64,000 nucleotides of DNA from Myxococcota bacterium. Lineage in GTDB: Bacteria; Myxococcota_A; UBA796; GCA-2862545. The DNA lies in NCBI GenBank assembly GCA_039208735.1, contig JBCCQY010000036.1, forward strand, positions 1 through 64,000, written 5' to 3'. This document shows, piece by piece, positions 48,776 to 57,498 of this stretch. The translations under genes and the position numbers were made by a program. How positions within the stretch are numbered: position 1 is the stretch's first letter; each line of letters begins with the position of its first letter. Under the pieces are notes generated by a model. It saw only the letters and a program-made list of their open reading frames with translations. It searched no databases and was not told the DNA's origin.

Positions 48776-49951
48776 CTACTGATCTAGTAGGTCCAGCAAT
48801 CGGAGTTCGACCCGGAGAAATTCCGTAAACTCATCGGGTCGGGCGTGCATCAGCAGAACAACGCCCGACCCGGTTTCGGTGTCGAGCCACAGTTCGGTGA
48901 ATGACCCATAGTCGCCGCCGTTGTGCCCATACAGCAGGCGTTCGTTGACCTCTCGTTGGGCCCAGGCAATCGCTTGTCCGGACTCGTCGGTTCCGTAGGC
49001 CGGGTCGACCTCAAGCAACTGTTGGACTCCGTCCGGGGAAAGCACAACCTCGCCGTCGAGTTCACCGTTCCCAAGGATCATCGATGCATACCGGGCCATG
49101 TCTTCGGCCGAGGAACGCGCCAGGCCATCGGGGTAGGTCGGGTAACCATACGCTTCGTAAGGGCGGAACTGGCGACCCGTCGTCTTGTAGGGCACCGCGG
49201 GCGGGTCGGTGAGATCTTCGAGGAGGTAGGCCGTCTGGGTCATCCCAAGAGGCTCCCAGATGTCGCGGCGCACGAGGTCCTCGAATTCCAGATTGGCCGC
49301 CGTGCCCAATGCGAGAGCGGCGGTGGCCATCCCGACGTTGCTGTAGGCGAACTCGGTGCCCGGGTCACGACGGGCGAAATTCCCAGAACGCCAGAAGTCA
49401 CCGCCTTTAAGCAGGTAGCCCTCGCAAAACTCGCCGAGAGCGACGACAGGGTCGCCTTCGTCGTAGCTGAAGTGATAGGCAAGGCTATCTTCGATGCCGC
49501 TGTTGTGGGTCAACAGGTGCCGAAGGGTAATGGTCTCGCCGTCGACCTTGGGATTGTCGAGGGCGAACGGAAGATGGTCCGAAGCGGCGTCTTCGAGCGT
49601 GACGCGCTGAGCTTCCACCGCTTGCATCGCGGCTATACCCACGAAGGTCTTGCTGACGCTCGACAACAGCACCGGAGTGGTCGGCGTCATGAGCCGCTCC
49701 GCTTCGAGGTCCGCCCAACCGTAGCCCGACGCCAAGACCGGCTGCCCGTCACGCACCAATGCCACGGCAAGGCCCGGGAGCTGCGTCTGCTCCAGGTACG
49801 CGAGCACGATGGCATCGGCCTTGTCAGCAAGGGCCGGGTCAGAAACGGTCCCGCGACTCACCGGGTAGGTCTCGGAAGGAAGGGCGACGCGAGGTCCCTT
49901 CTCGATGATGCAGCCACTAACCAGGCCAAGCCAAAACCAGATTCCCGTCAC
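48776..49951 (-). CDS. Serine hydrolase (beta-lactamase class C-like family) lipoprotein
   Basis: PGLAVA, SVSK (SxxK), LRHLLTHNSG, FAYSN, GHNGG; lipobox VSGC; GTG start behind GAGGAGG. Confidence 0.9.
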   Translation of the reverse strand: MTGIWFWLGLVSGCIIEKGPRVALPSETYPVSRGTVSDPALADKADAIVLAYLEQTQLPGLAVALVRDGQPVLASGYGWADLEAERLMTPTTPVLLSSVSKTFVGIAAMQAVEAQRVTLEDAASDHLPFALDNPKVDGETITLRHLLTHNSGIEDSLAYHFSYDEGDPVVALGEFCEGYLLKGGDFWRSGNFARRDPGTEFAYSNVGMATAALALGTAANLEFEDLVRRDIWEPLGMTQTAYLLEDLTDPPAVPYKTTGRQFRPYEAYGYPTYPDGLARSSAEDMARYASMILGNGELDGEVVLSPDGVQQLLEVDPAYGTDESGQAIAWAQREVNERLLYGHNGGDYGSFTELWLDTETGSGVVLLMHARPDEFTEFLRVELRLLDLLDQ

Positions 49952-50061
49952 GTGTTCCTCCTCCGCGGGACTAGCCTGCAAACCCCAAGGCCGTCTCGAC
50001 TCATCCCATGCCGCGAAGGGGTGCAGCCCAGGGTATGAGTGGAGTGCCTCGGGGGAAGCGA

Positions 50062-51060
50062 ATGATCGGATGGATCGTCCAGCTGGCTGGCCTCACCTTT
50101 GCCACAGAACCGCCGGGTGAGCTGTCCTCGCCGTGGCTCGTCGGTCGTTGGCGCGTGGCGAGCGAGACCATCGATCCGAATGCTCCGCTCGCGCTCATCG
50201 CGGACCGACGCGAACTGTTGGCGCGGGCGTGGCAGGTGGAAGCCATCTTGGACTGTCGCGCGGACGTCGCCTCAACAGACCGCGTGGAGTGCCGGGTTGA
50301 AGATGTGGCGTTGCGGGTTGCAACCTACGACCATTGGCAGCGGGCGTCCGACCGTGACCTCGTAGACGCCTTGCTGGCGCAAGTGCGAACGCGCATCCTG
50401 GCCACTCCCATTCCCTTGTTTGATCCAGGTGATGGTCGCATCGCCTCCGACATCAAGAACCCTCGCTCCGTCCCCGGGGCCGCGGTGCTAAGCAAGGTGT
50501 TCGCTGGGTTCTACCTTGAAGAGCCGCCTGAAGGTTGGCAATCCGGTGCTCGCTGGCGAACCGCGTCCGATCCGCTTTTGAACGTCTCGGTGGTGCATGA
50601 TGAGGATGCGTCGCGCATCGTCCGTCACTCGGTACGGGGTGAATCGGAAGGGGCCACGGTGTGGACCGAGGGCTCGGCGAAGAAGAAGATCCTCTCCGTT
50701 CCGCGCGACCCGCTTGAACTTCGCTCGACCACGTGGCGCAAGCCGCGAGCATCAAGGAATGCCGTCCTGGCCATGTTCAAAGCGCCCAATCCGCCATCGA
50801 CGGCAGCGTTTGGGTTCGGGCTGCCGGGACGGGTCAAGATGCGGTCTCAGAGCACGGTTGATCTAAATGCGGGGACATTGCTGGACCGACGGTGGGTTGC
50901 CACGGGCACCGGGGCGGCGGAGATGGAAGTGAACGGGCGCATTCGGCGCATCGCGGATGACGCCGAGGTCACCCTGGGTTCGACCGAGCAGATCAGTGCT
51001 CCTGAAGCACCGCGGCCGGGCTTGCCAGAATGGGCCTCGATCCTCGGAGTTTCGCCATGA
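50062..51060 (+). CDS. Secreted hypothetical protein
   Basis: Long ORF with short signal-like N-terminus; ATGA overlap with the next gene. Confidence 0.65.
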   Translation: MIGWIVQLAGLTFATEPPGELSSPWLVGRWRVASETIDPNAPLALIADRRELLARAWQVEAILDCRADVASTDRVECRVEDVALRVATYDHWQRASDRDLVDALLAQVRTRILATPIPLFDPGDGRIASDIKNPRSVPGAAVLSKVFAGFYLEEPPEGWQSGARWRTASDPLLNVSVVHDEDASRIVRHSVRGESEGATVWTEGSAKKKILSVPRDPLELRSTTWRKPRASRNAVLAMFKAPNPPSTAAFGFGLPGRVKMRSQSTVDLNAGTLLDRRWVATGTGAAEMEVNGRIRRIADDAEVTLGSTEQISAPEAPRPGLPEWASILGVSP

Positions 51061-51614
51061 TGGTCTTTGTCGCGAGCGCGTGGGCCGCACCTTCGGTGGT
51101 GGTGGACGTTCCATTTCCGTCACGACGCGTGTTTGATGATACCCCCGACCGCGTTTGTCTGACCCTCGAGTACCGAGGCAAGGCCACGTCCTCGAAGTCC
51201 CAAATGTCAGATTTCGATGTGGATTGCATTGTTGATAAGGGCCGGATGTCGGTCTGCCTCACGCTGCTTTCACCCGATTGGCCCACCTACGTTCCGCCCG
51301 TCCAGTGTGGAAACGACGAAGATCTTGCAGTTCGGATGCGCCCTAAACGTGCCTACGATCCTACCGAAGACATCTGGGATGGTGTGGCCATTGTTCAAGG
51401 GGTGATGCTCTACAAAGCCGCGTACCGTGTGCCGAAGCATCCCGATGTGCCGGGCATCATGAATCAGGGCAAATGCGGCATCACCGACGAACTCTTCTGG
51501 TTTGAAACCCGAAATCCGAACCACCGTCAGTCTTGCATTCTTGTCATGGAAGATCAAAGTGAGCGGACCATCCCGATACGCCTGGTCCAACGGCTTCAAC
51601 GACTCGGCAATTAG
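51057..51614 (+). CDS. Secreted Cys-containing hypothetical protein
   Basis: ATGA coupling; MMVFVASAWA signal-like start; six Cys. Confidence 0.65.
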   Translation: MMVFVASAWAAPSVVVDVPFPSRRVFDDTPDRVCLTLEYRGKATSSKSQMSDFDVDCIVDKGRMSVCLTLLSPDWPTYVPPVQCGNDEDLAVRMRPKRAYDPTEDIWDGVAIVQGVMLYKAAYRVPKHPDVPGIMNQGKCGITDELFWFETRNPNHRQSCILVMEDQSERTIPIRLVQRLQRLGN

Positions 51615-51779
51615 CGCACGCCGCAGGCCAGTCGCGGGATGGCTGGGCAGTGTGGTCCGAAAGTGGAGGATGATTGCTGGAGAGAAGTGGCGGCTGCTTC
51701 GTACGAAGATCAAAGTACGAAGATCTTCGTTGACACGCTCGGCAAGACGAGCGACACTCGGGTCACCACAGGGAAGCCC

Positions 51780-52178
51780 ATGTCATCTACGCCTCGCCCG
51801 ACAGACACTGAACTCGCGATCCTTCGCGTGCTGTGGGCCTTGGGTCCGAGCACGGTCCGCCAGGTCCACTCCGCGTGGGAGTCCCAGCGCGGTCCCGTCG
51901 CCTACACCACAGTTCTGAAGCTGCTCCAGGTCATGCATGACAAACAGCTGGTGGTGCGCGACACGTCGACCCGATCGCACGTCTACACCCCGGTTCATTC
52001 CGAAGATGCAGTGCAGGGAAGCTTGGTCACCGATCTGGTGTCGAAGGCATTCGGAGGATCGGCCGCTGACCTGGTCATGCGCGCGCTCTCGGTCCGTCCA
52101 AGCAGTCCCGACGAGCTTCATCGCATTCGTGAACTCATCGATCAGCTCGATGCTGAAGGTGCCGAGGGGGAGGAGTGA
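51780..52178 (+). CDS. BlaI/MecI/CopY family transcriptional repressor
   Basis: ELAILRVLWALGPSTVRQV..YTTVLKLLQVMHDK..FGGS. Confidence 0.92.
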   Translation: MSSTPRPTDTELAILRVLWALGPSTVRQVHSAWESQRGPVAYTTVLKLLQVMHDKQLVVRDTSTRSHVYTPVHSEDAVQGSLVTDLVSKAFGGSAADLVMRALSVRPSSPDELHRIRELIDQLDAEGAEGEE

Positions 52179-53629
52179 TGCTCGATGCATTTGCCTGGGC
52201 GTTGATCCATTTTGCCTGGCAGGGGCTCATCATTGGACTGGTCACCGAAGGGGGGCTTTTCGCGCTACGGCGTGCCCCGGCCCACGTTCGGTATGCGTTG
52301 GCTTCGGTATCGCTTGCGTCCATGTTGGGCTGCGTCATGGCCACCACGCTGTGGCTGATGACCGAGCCGACCCCTGCCCCGCGCGCGGTTGTGGGCCCCC
52401 TGACCATCCCGTCGTCCTGGCCGTTGGCGGTGGTGGTCGGGTGGGCCTCTGGCGCTTCTTGGTCGGGGTCCCGGTACGTCCTTGCGTGGTTTGCCATCCG
52501 GCGCCTGACCCTCCGAGCCATCCACGCCCCCCCTGCGCTCGAGGCTCGGTTCAACCAGCTCGCAGCTCGGCTCGATGTGCTCGGCACGCGTTTGCGATTG
52601 GTCCCCGGGCAGGTCGTGCCCATGGCCGTCGGCGTTCTGCGGCCCACGGTCTTGCTGCCGGCGTCCTTGCTTACCTCGTTGACCACCGATGAACTCGAGT
52701 CGCTCTTGCTGCACGAATTGGCTCATGTGCGACGTTGGGATGTGCTGGCCAATGCCGTGCAGTGCGTGACGGAAAGTCTGCTGTTCTACCATCCGTTTGT
52801 GGCCCGCATCTCCGAGAGGATTCGCCACGAGCGGGAGCTTTGCTGCGATGAGGAAGTGGTGGTGCACTGCGCTCCCACGATCTACGCCCGCGCGCTTGCC
52901 TCGGTGGAGGCAGCCCGCATCGAGGCCGTTCCGGCGGCGAATGGAGGAGATTTGATGCGCCGAATCATGAATTTGCTCGAGCGGGGGGATGGTCCCTTCC
53001 GAACCCCCGGTCTGGCCATGGGCTTGATCATCGCGCTGATCGTGGGCTCCACAGTTTCGACGTTGGCCATCGCGCAGCCGCCCGTGCCCCCCATGGCCGA
53101 ACTCCGGCCTCCCCCCGAGGTTGAGGAGCGAGAGGTGGCCCGCAAGGCCGAAGCCCATCTCGAGCGGGCGATGGCTGCCGAACGTGCAGCCGCGGAAGCG
53201 CGGCGGGCGGCGGAAGAGGCTCGTCAAGCGGCCGAGGAAGCCCGTCGGGCGCTGGAAGAAGTGCTTGCGGAACGACGCGGTCGGGCGCGCGACTATCGGG
53301 GCGAAGGGGCCAAAGGGGACCGAATCGAACGGGACACCACGACAACGACACGGGAGTGGACCTTCGATTGGACCGACGGCGAAGCCGACTGGTCGAACTT
53401 CGAATCTGCCATCGAGGCATGGGCCCACAAATGGGAGGGGCGCATCCGCGAAGGGGTGGAGGCTGACCTAGAGGCGCTGCAGCACTTACGATTGCCTGAG
53501 GTGACCCTCGGTGAAGACAGTATCGTGATCTTGGACGAAGATGAGGTCCATGTGCTGGAGATGCTGCACAATGAGGACGGGGGCTTCGTGCTGCGCTTCA
53601 ACGACGGTGATGACAAGACCGCGCGCTAA
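52175..53629 (+). CDS. M56 family (BlaR1-like) membrane metallopeptidase
   Basis: WALIHFAWQG, PMAVGVLRPTVLLP, LHELAHVRRWD, RELCCD; overlaps the blaI-like stop. The C-terminus is a coiled coil with no penicillin-binding domain. Confidence 0.92.
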   Translation: MMLDAFAWALIHFAWQGLIIGLVTEGGLFALRRAPAHVRYALASVSLASMLGCVMATTLWLMTEPTPAPRAVVGPLTIPSSWPLAVVVGWASGASWSGSRYVLAWFAIRRLTLRAIHAPPALEARFNQLAARLDVLGTRLRLVPGQVVPMAVGVLRPTVLLPASLLTSLTTDELESLLLHELAHVRRWDVLANAVQCVTESLLFYHPFVARISERIRHERELCCDEEVVVHCAPTIYARALASVEAARIEAVPAANGGDLMRRIMNLLERGDGPFRTPGLAMGLIIALIVGSTVSTLAIAQPPVPPMAELRPPPEVEEREVARKAEAHLERAMAAERAAAEARRAAEEARQAAEEARRALEEVLAERRGRARDYRGEGAKGDRIERDTTTTTREWTFDWTDGEADWSNFESAIEAWAHKWEGRIREGVEADLEALQHLRLPEVTLGEDSIVILDEDEVHVLEMLHNEDGGFVLRFNDGDDKTAR

Positions 53630-53633
53630 CGGT

Positions 53634-54689
53634 CTACCAGACGACGCCAAAGGCCCACGTCAGCGTCGGGCGGGCTAGCTCTTCGCGATATCCAAGCTCG
53701 AACCGAATTCCCTGATTCGCATTGGTATCTGGCGTCCCGAGGTTCCAGGTCACGCCCACGAGGACGTCGGGCTCAACGACGGTCCCTCCATCTTCGCTTC
53801 GGCTGAAGTTCGGGCCTCCGCGTCCGACCACGCTTACATCGCCTTTCGGCGAAATCCAGCGCACCGAGGTGTGAACCGGAACCCAGAAGCGGACGAGGGG
53901 ATCGTTGAACAGCCGTCGCTGGCTCATGCCGAGCCCCGAGTACAACGCGACTCGGGTGCGTTGGCGGGGCAGCAGATGGACACCCGCGAAGGCCTGCGTG
54001 TGGCTTGCGAGCCCACGTTGAAGGCGAATGTCGCTGCTCACCCCGTACATCAGGGGATTCCACGAGCGCTTGCCTCGAGCCATGCGCAAACGAAGTAAGA
54101 ACGCGCTTGAACTTCCCCCGTTGAGTCCGTGCGCCATACCCAGGTACCCGCCGCTATCGCCGTAGGCGTTGGCGCTTCCTTCCTTCACGGACTCGGGGTC
54201 GAAGCGCGTCGCCCGCTGGTGTGAAGTGGGTTGCGGCCGCGGTTTGGGTGGCGCAAGGTTCGGATTGGGGTTTTGGGTTTCGAGCAGCGACAACTGCAAG
54301 GTGACTTCAAGGGCATTGTACGGCCGGAACCACAAGCGATGGTCGCGAACAACGGTTCGGAGACAACCATCCACGGGGCCGTCATCGATCCCGTCGACAA
54401 GCGTCATCTCGCGAACTTTGGCCCGCCGGGTGTGGACGTAGCGCAATTCGGCGTTGAGGTCGGTTCCCCCGTTGGCGCGGGCCTTCAGGACGCACTCGTC
54501 GAACTTGGGAATGGCGGGGTGCCAGTCTCTCACGAGCCGTTTCAGCTCCTTTTCCGAGACCGCCCATTGCGGTGAGGACAGTCGGATTGTGGCGTGCCGA
54601 AGTTCGACCACCGCACCCAGTTGCGCCATTGGCGCGGGTGGTGGCTCTGCCCCCAGCGCGACGCCAAGTCCCAGAACCGCCAACCACAT
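53634..54689 (-). CDS. Secreted hypothetical protein (AgmX/TonB-C-like N-terminal domain, beta-rich C-terminus ending in Trp)
   Basis: RBS GGAG; signal peptide; FDECVLKA..VDGCLRTVV pattern; alternating beta strands in the C-terminal half. Confidence 0.6.
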   Translation of the reverse strand: MWLAVLGLGVALGAEPPPAPMAQLGAVVELRHATIRLSSPQWAVSEKELKRLVRDWHPAIPKFDECVLKARANGGTDLNAELRYVHTRRAKVREMTLVDGIDDGPVDGCLRTVVRDHRLWFRPYNALEVTLQLSLLETQNPNPNLAPPKPRPQPTSHQRATRFDPESVKEGSANAYGDSGGYLGMAHGLNGGSSSAFLLRLRMARGKRSWNPLMYGVSSDIRLQRGLASHTQAFAGVHLLPRQRTRVALYSGLGMSQRRLFNDPLVRFWVPVHTSVRWISPKGDVSVVGRGGPNFSRSEDGGTVVEPDVLVGVTWNLGTPDTNANQGIRFELGYREELARPTLTWAFGVVW

Positions 54690-54984
54690 CGTGTCTCCCC
54701 CGTTGCCGTCAGTTTATGCTCGAGGAGACGCAGGTGTTGTCAATTTGGTTAGGGAACCAGCGGATCAGAGCATGCAGTTGCGGATTTGATCAGGTTTTGA
54801 TTTGGTTTTGGGCTAGTTTAACAGTCGTGGCAGATCGTCGTTGAACCGATCCCGCGAGAGCTTCAGGCATCGGATCGGCACGGGCTGACACGATCTCGTC
54901 GAACCTGTTCGTGGTCGAGGCCGTGTGAATAAGCGTAAACATGATGTCGCCGTCGTTGACGAGACTCGGGGAGCTAACATCCGT

Positions 54985-55713
54985 TCACCAGGGCTCGACC
55001 CACGGCCTCACGTCCAGTTCATGGGTCCACGCGCTGCGTCCCTGCTGGTGCAACATCCAGTAGGTTTCCGCGATTTGATCGGGGAGTAAGACGCCGTCGG
55101 GAGGACGGGTTTCATAGAGCTTCGGGAAGTTCTCACGGGTGAATGCGGTGTCGATCGGGCCATCGATCACGACGTGAGCGACATGGAGATTGTGGGGCAT
55201 CAGCTCACGAGCCATCGACTGGGCAAGGGCCCGTTTGGCGTGCATCCCTCCGGCAAATGCGGAAAAACCACTTGCCCCCCGTAGGCTTCCCGTTGCCCCC
55301 GTAAACAGGATGGTTCCTTGCTTTCGTGGCACCATGACTCTCGCGGCCTCCCTTCCAAAAAGGAACGCTGAGAAGGCAGCCAATTCCCATACTTTTCGAT
55401 ACACGCGCGCCGTGGTGTCGAGAATGGGGAAGTACACATTGGCGCCAATGTTGTGAACGGCGACCGTGACGGGGCCCACTTCGGCTTCACACCACCGAAA
55501 GAGTTCCTGTACCTGATCTTCCTGGCGTCCATCGACACCGCGGGGATGGACCTGACCGCCCAACGCTCGGATCTGCTCGGCGAGCGGTTCGAGCTTGTCC
55601 CCATTCCGGCGGCAAATGACGGTGGTGTAGCCCTCCCGGGCGAAGCGACGGGCGATGGCTCCTCCGAGCGCATCCCCTGCCCCCATGACGACAATGACCT
55701 TGGTGTTCGACAT
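54985..55713 (-). CDS. Short-chain dehydrogenase/reductase
   Basis: GAGDALGGAIARRFA, HNIGAN, FTGATGSLRG, RALAQSMAREL, AHVVIDG, WTHELDVRP. Confidence 0.93.
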   Translation of the reverse strand: MSNTKVIVVMGAGDALGGAIARRFAREGYTTVICRRNGDKLEPLAEQIRALGGQVHPRGVDGRQEDQVQELFRWCEAEVGPVTVAVHNIGANVYFPILDTTARVYRKVWELAAFSAFLFGREAARVMVPRKQGTILFTGATGSLRGASGFSAFAGGMHAKRALAQSMARELMPHNLHVAHVVIDGPIDTAFTRENFPKLYETRPPDGVLLPDQIAETYWMLHQQGRSAWTHELDVRPWVEPW

Positions 55714-55847
55714 TCCCGGAGTCTACACCGGGTTTTTTGGGTACGGTCATTGTCCCGTTAGTGGCGAAAGGTTGGCCTTGAGGGAGTCGGGGCGGTGTTG
55801 TCCACAGCCCGTTTGTGGCGGGCAGCCGAACTCGTTAACCGCCCGCC

Positions 55848-57479
55848 ATGCTTTGGATGCAGTGGATAGCGATCGCGGATGCTTCGACGGTCCACCTCGT
55901 CGGGCTTGGACTTGAACACGAGACGGTTGGTGAGGCGGTTCAAACCGCCAGCGATGGTGATGTCATCGAAATCCACGCCGGCTTGGGGGCCCAAAGGGGT
56001 GCCTACCGAGAGCGCGTCACGCTTTCGGGGCGACGCCTCACGTTTGTCGGCGTGAAGGGGACGCCGGTGCTCGAGCCTCCCGAGGGCTCTCCCGGCCAGG
56101 GCGTCTTTGCCATTTCCAATGCGTCCGAGGTGACGATCGACAACGTCATTCTCGATGGCCGTGTTGAGCAGCGGCTGCTTCGCGTCTCCGGTTCGGGCTC
56201 TACGACGTTGCGAAACAGCGAACTTCGTAACGGACGATTTCCCGGAGGCGGGGCCGGCTACGTGACCAACGCCGCCACCTTGATCATCGAGGACTCGGTG
56301 CTCCGCGACAACTTGTCCGATACGGTTGGGGGCGCCCTGCAAGCTGACGGCGGCGATGTGACGGTTGTCCGCACGACGCTGCAGGACAACTTCGCGCAAA
56401 TGGATGGAGGGGCTCTCTATTGCAATAACGGCGGGGTTTGTCGGATTCGGGAATCGAGCTTCGTGGGCAACGAAGCCTTGTCGCAGGCTGGTGCTGTGGA
56501 TTGCCGCACCGCGACCTGTGACATCGCGGATTCGGTGTTCCAGGACAACCTGGCGTTCAATGGCGACGGGGGGGCCATCCGCTCGGGTAGTCAGGGGACG
56601 CTGACGGTCGACCACAGCTGGTTCTGCCGGAATCGGGGCAACGACGGCGGTGCGGTGTGGGTGCGGGCACCAGGCAGTCGGATTCGTCACACGGTGTTCT
56701 TGGCCAATGAAGCGCAGTTCACCAGTGGTGCCATCCGTCTTGTGGGTCTCGACATGACGGTCGAAAACAACAACTTCTTGGGCAATGAAGCACCGCTATC
56801 CGCGGCCGCTCACGTCGGACCGGGAGCAGACGTTCGTTTCGTAAGGAACATCGTGATGGACCATATGAAGTCCGCGCCATTGGGCGCGGCGGATACCGGC
56901 ATCTTGACGCTCGAGACGAACCTGTTCCACAACAACGCTCCAGGGGGAATCACCGAGCCGATGGCGGTGGACGGTGACCCACAGTTCTTGTCGTTGGACT
57001 ACACGTTGTGCGCGGCCAACCTGTTGACCCTCCAACCGGGAAGCGCGGCTCTCGATCAGGATCCTACCGTTGTGGACGACGACGGAAGCGCCGGTGACAT
57101 CGGGGCATTTGGTCCGGCGTGTGTGCCCAAGCCCGAAATCGTGGCCGACGGTGTGGATCAGGATTGTGATGGTGGCGATCTCTGTTACGCCGACGCCGAT
57201 CAGGATGGTCGGGGTGAGTCCACCGAAATCCCGTCGAAGGACCTGGATTGCACCGATCTTGGCGAGGCCTCGGTCGCCAACGACAGTTGTCCCCATGGCC
57301 CCGACGATGTCGATGAAGATGGCGACGGTTTGCCCGACGCTTGTGCCCCCACGCCGCCCCGTGGTTCTCGCGATGCCGATATCGTGTGTGGGTGTGCGGG
57401 AGGCCCCGCGGCGCCTTGGCTTGGGTTCGGGGCCGTCGCGTTGACCGTCTTGCGTCGCCGGCGTCGTCGGTACCCATGA
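55848..57479 (+). CDS. Surface protein: right-handed beta-helix repeats, MopE-like motif and C-terminal MYXO-CTERM-like tail
   Basis: GGAL/GGAI/GGAV repeats; DGVDQDCDGGD; tail CGCAGGPAAPWLGFGAVALTVLRRRRRR. Confidence 0.85.
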   Translation: MLWMQWIAIADASTVHLVGLGLEHETVGEAVQTASDGDVIEIHAGLGAQRGAYRERVTLSGRRLTFVGVKGTPVLEPPEGSPGQGVFAISNASEVTIDNVILDGRVEQRLLRVSGSGSTTLRNSELRNGRFPGGGAGYVTNAATLIIEDSVLRDNLSDTVGGALQADGGDVTVVRTTLQDNFAQMDGGALYCNNGGVCRIRESSFVGNEALSQAGAVDCRTATCDIADSVFQDNLAFNGDGGAIRSGSQGTLTVDHSWFCRNRGNDGGAVWVRAPGSRIRHTVFLANEAQFTSGAIRLVGLDMTVENNNFLGNEAPLSAAAHVGPGADVRFVRNIVMDHMKSAPLGAADTGILTLETNLFHNNAPGGITEPMAVDGDPQFLSLDYTLCAANLLTLQPGSAALDQDPTVVDDDGSAGDIGAFGPACVPKPEIVADGVDQDCDGGDLCYADADQDGRGESTEIPSKDLDCTDLGEASVANDSCPHGPDDVDEDGDGLPDACAPTPPRGSRDADIVCGCAGGPAAPWLGFGAVALTVLRRRRRRYP

Positions 57480-57498
57480 AACATCGCCGAGGAGCCCC

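Noticed and set aside
48776..53629. Inducible beta-lactam resistance locus (serine hydrolase + BlaI/M56)
   Set aside because: The M56 protein lacks a penicillin-binding sensor domain and the hydrolase is separated by two unrelated genes; both families are generic.
54690..54984. Possible ncRNA or tRNA in the intergenic gap
   Set aside because: No cloverleaf or recognisable RNA motif; only a T-rich promoter-like stretch.
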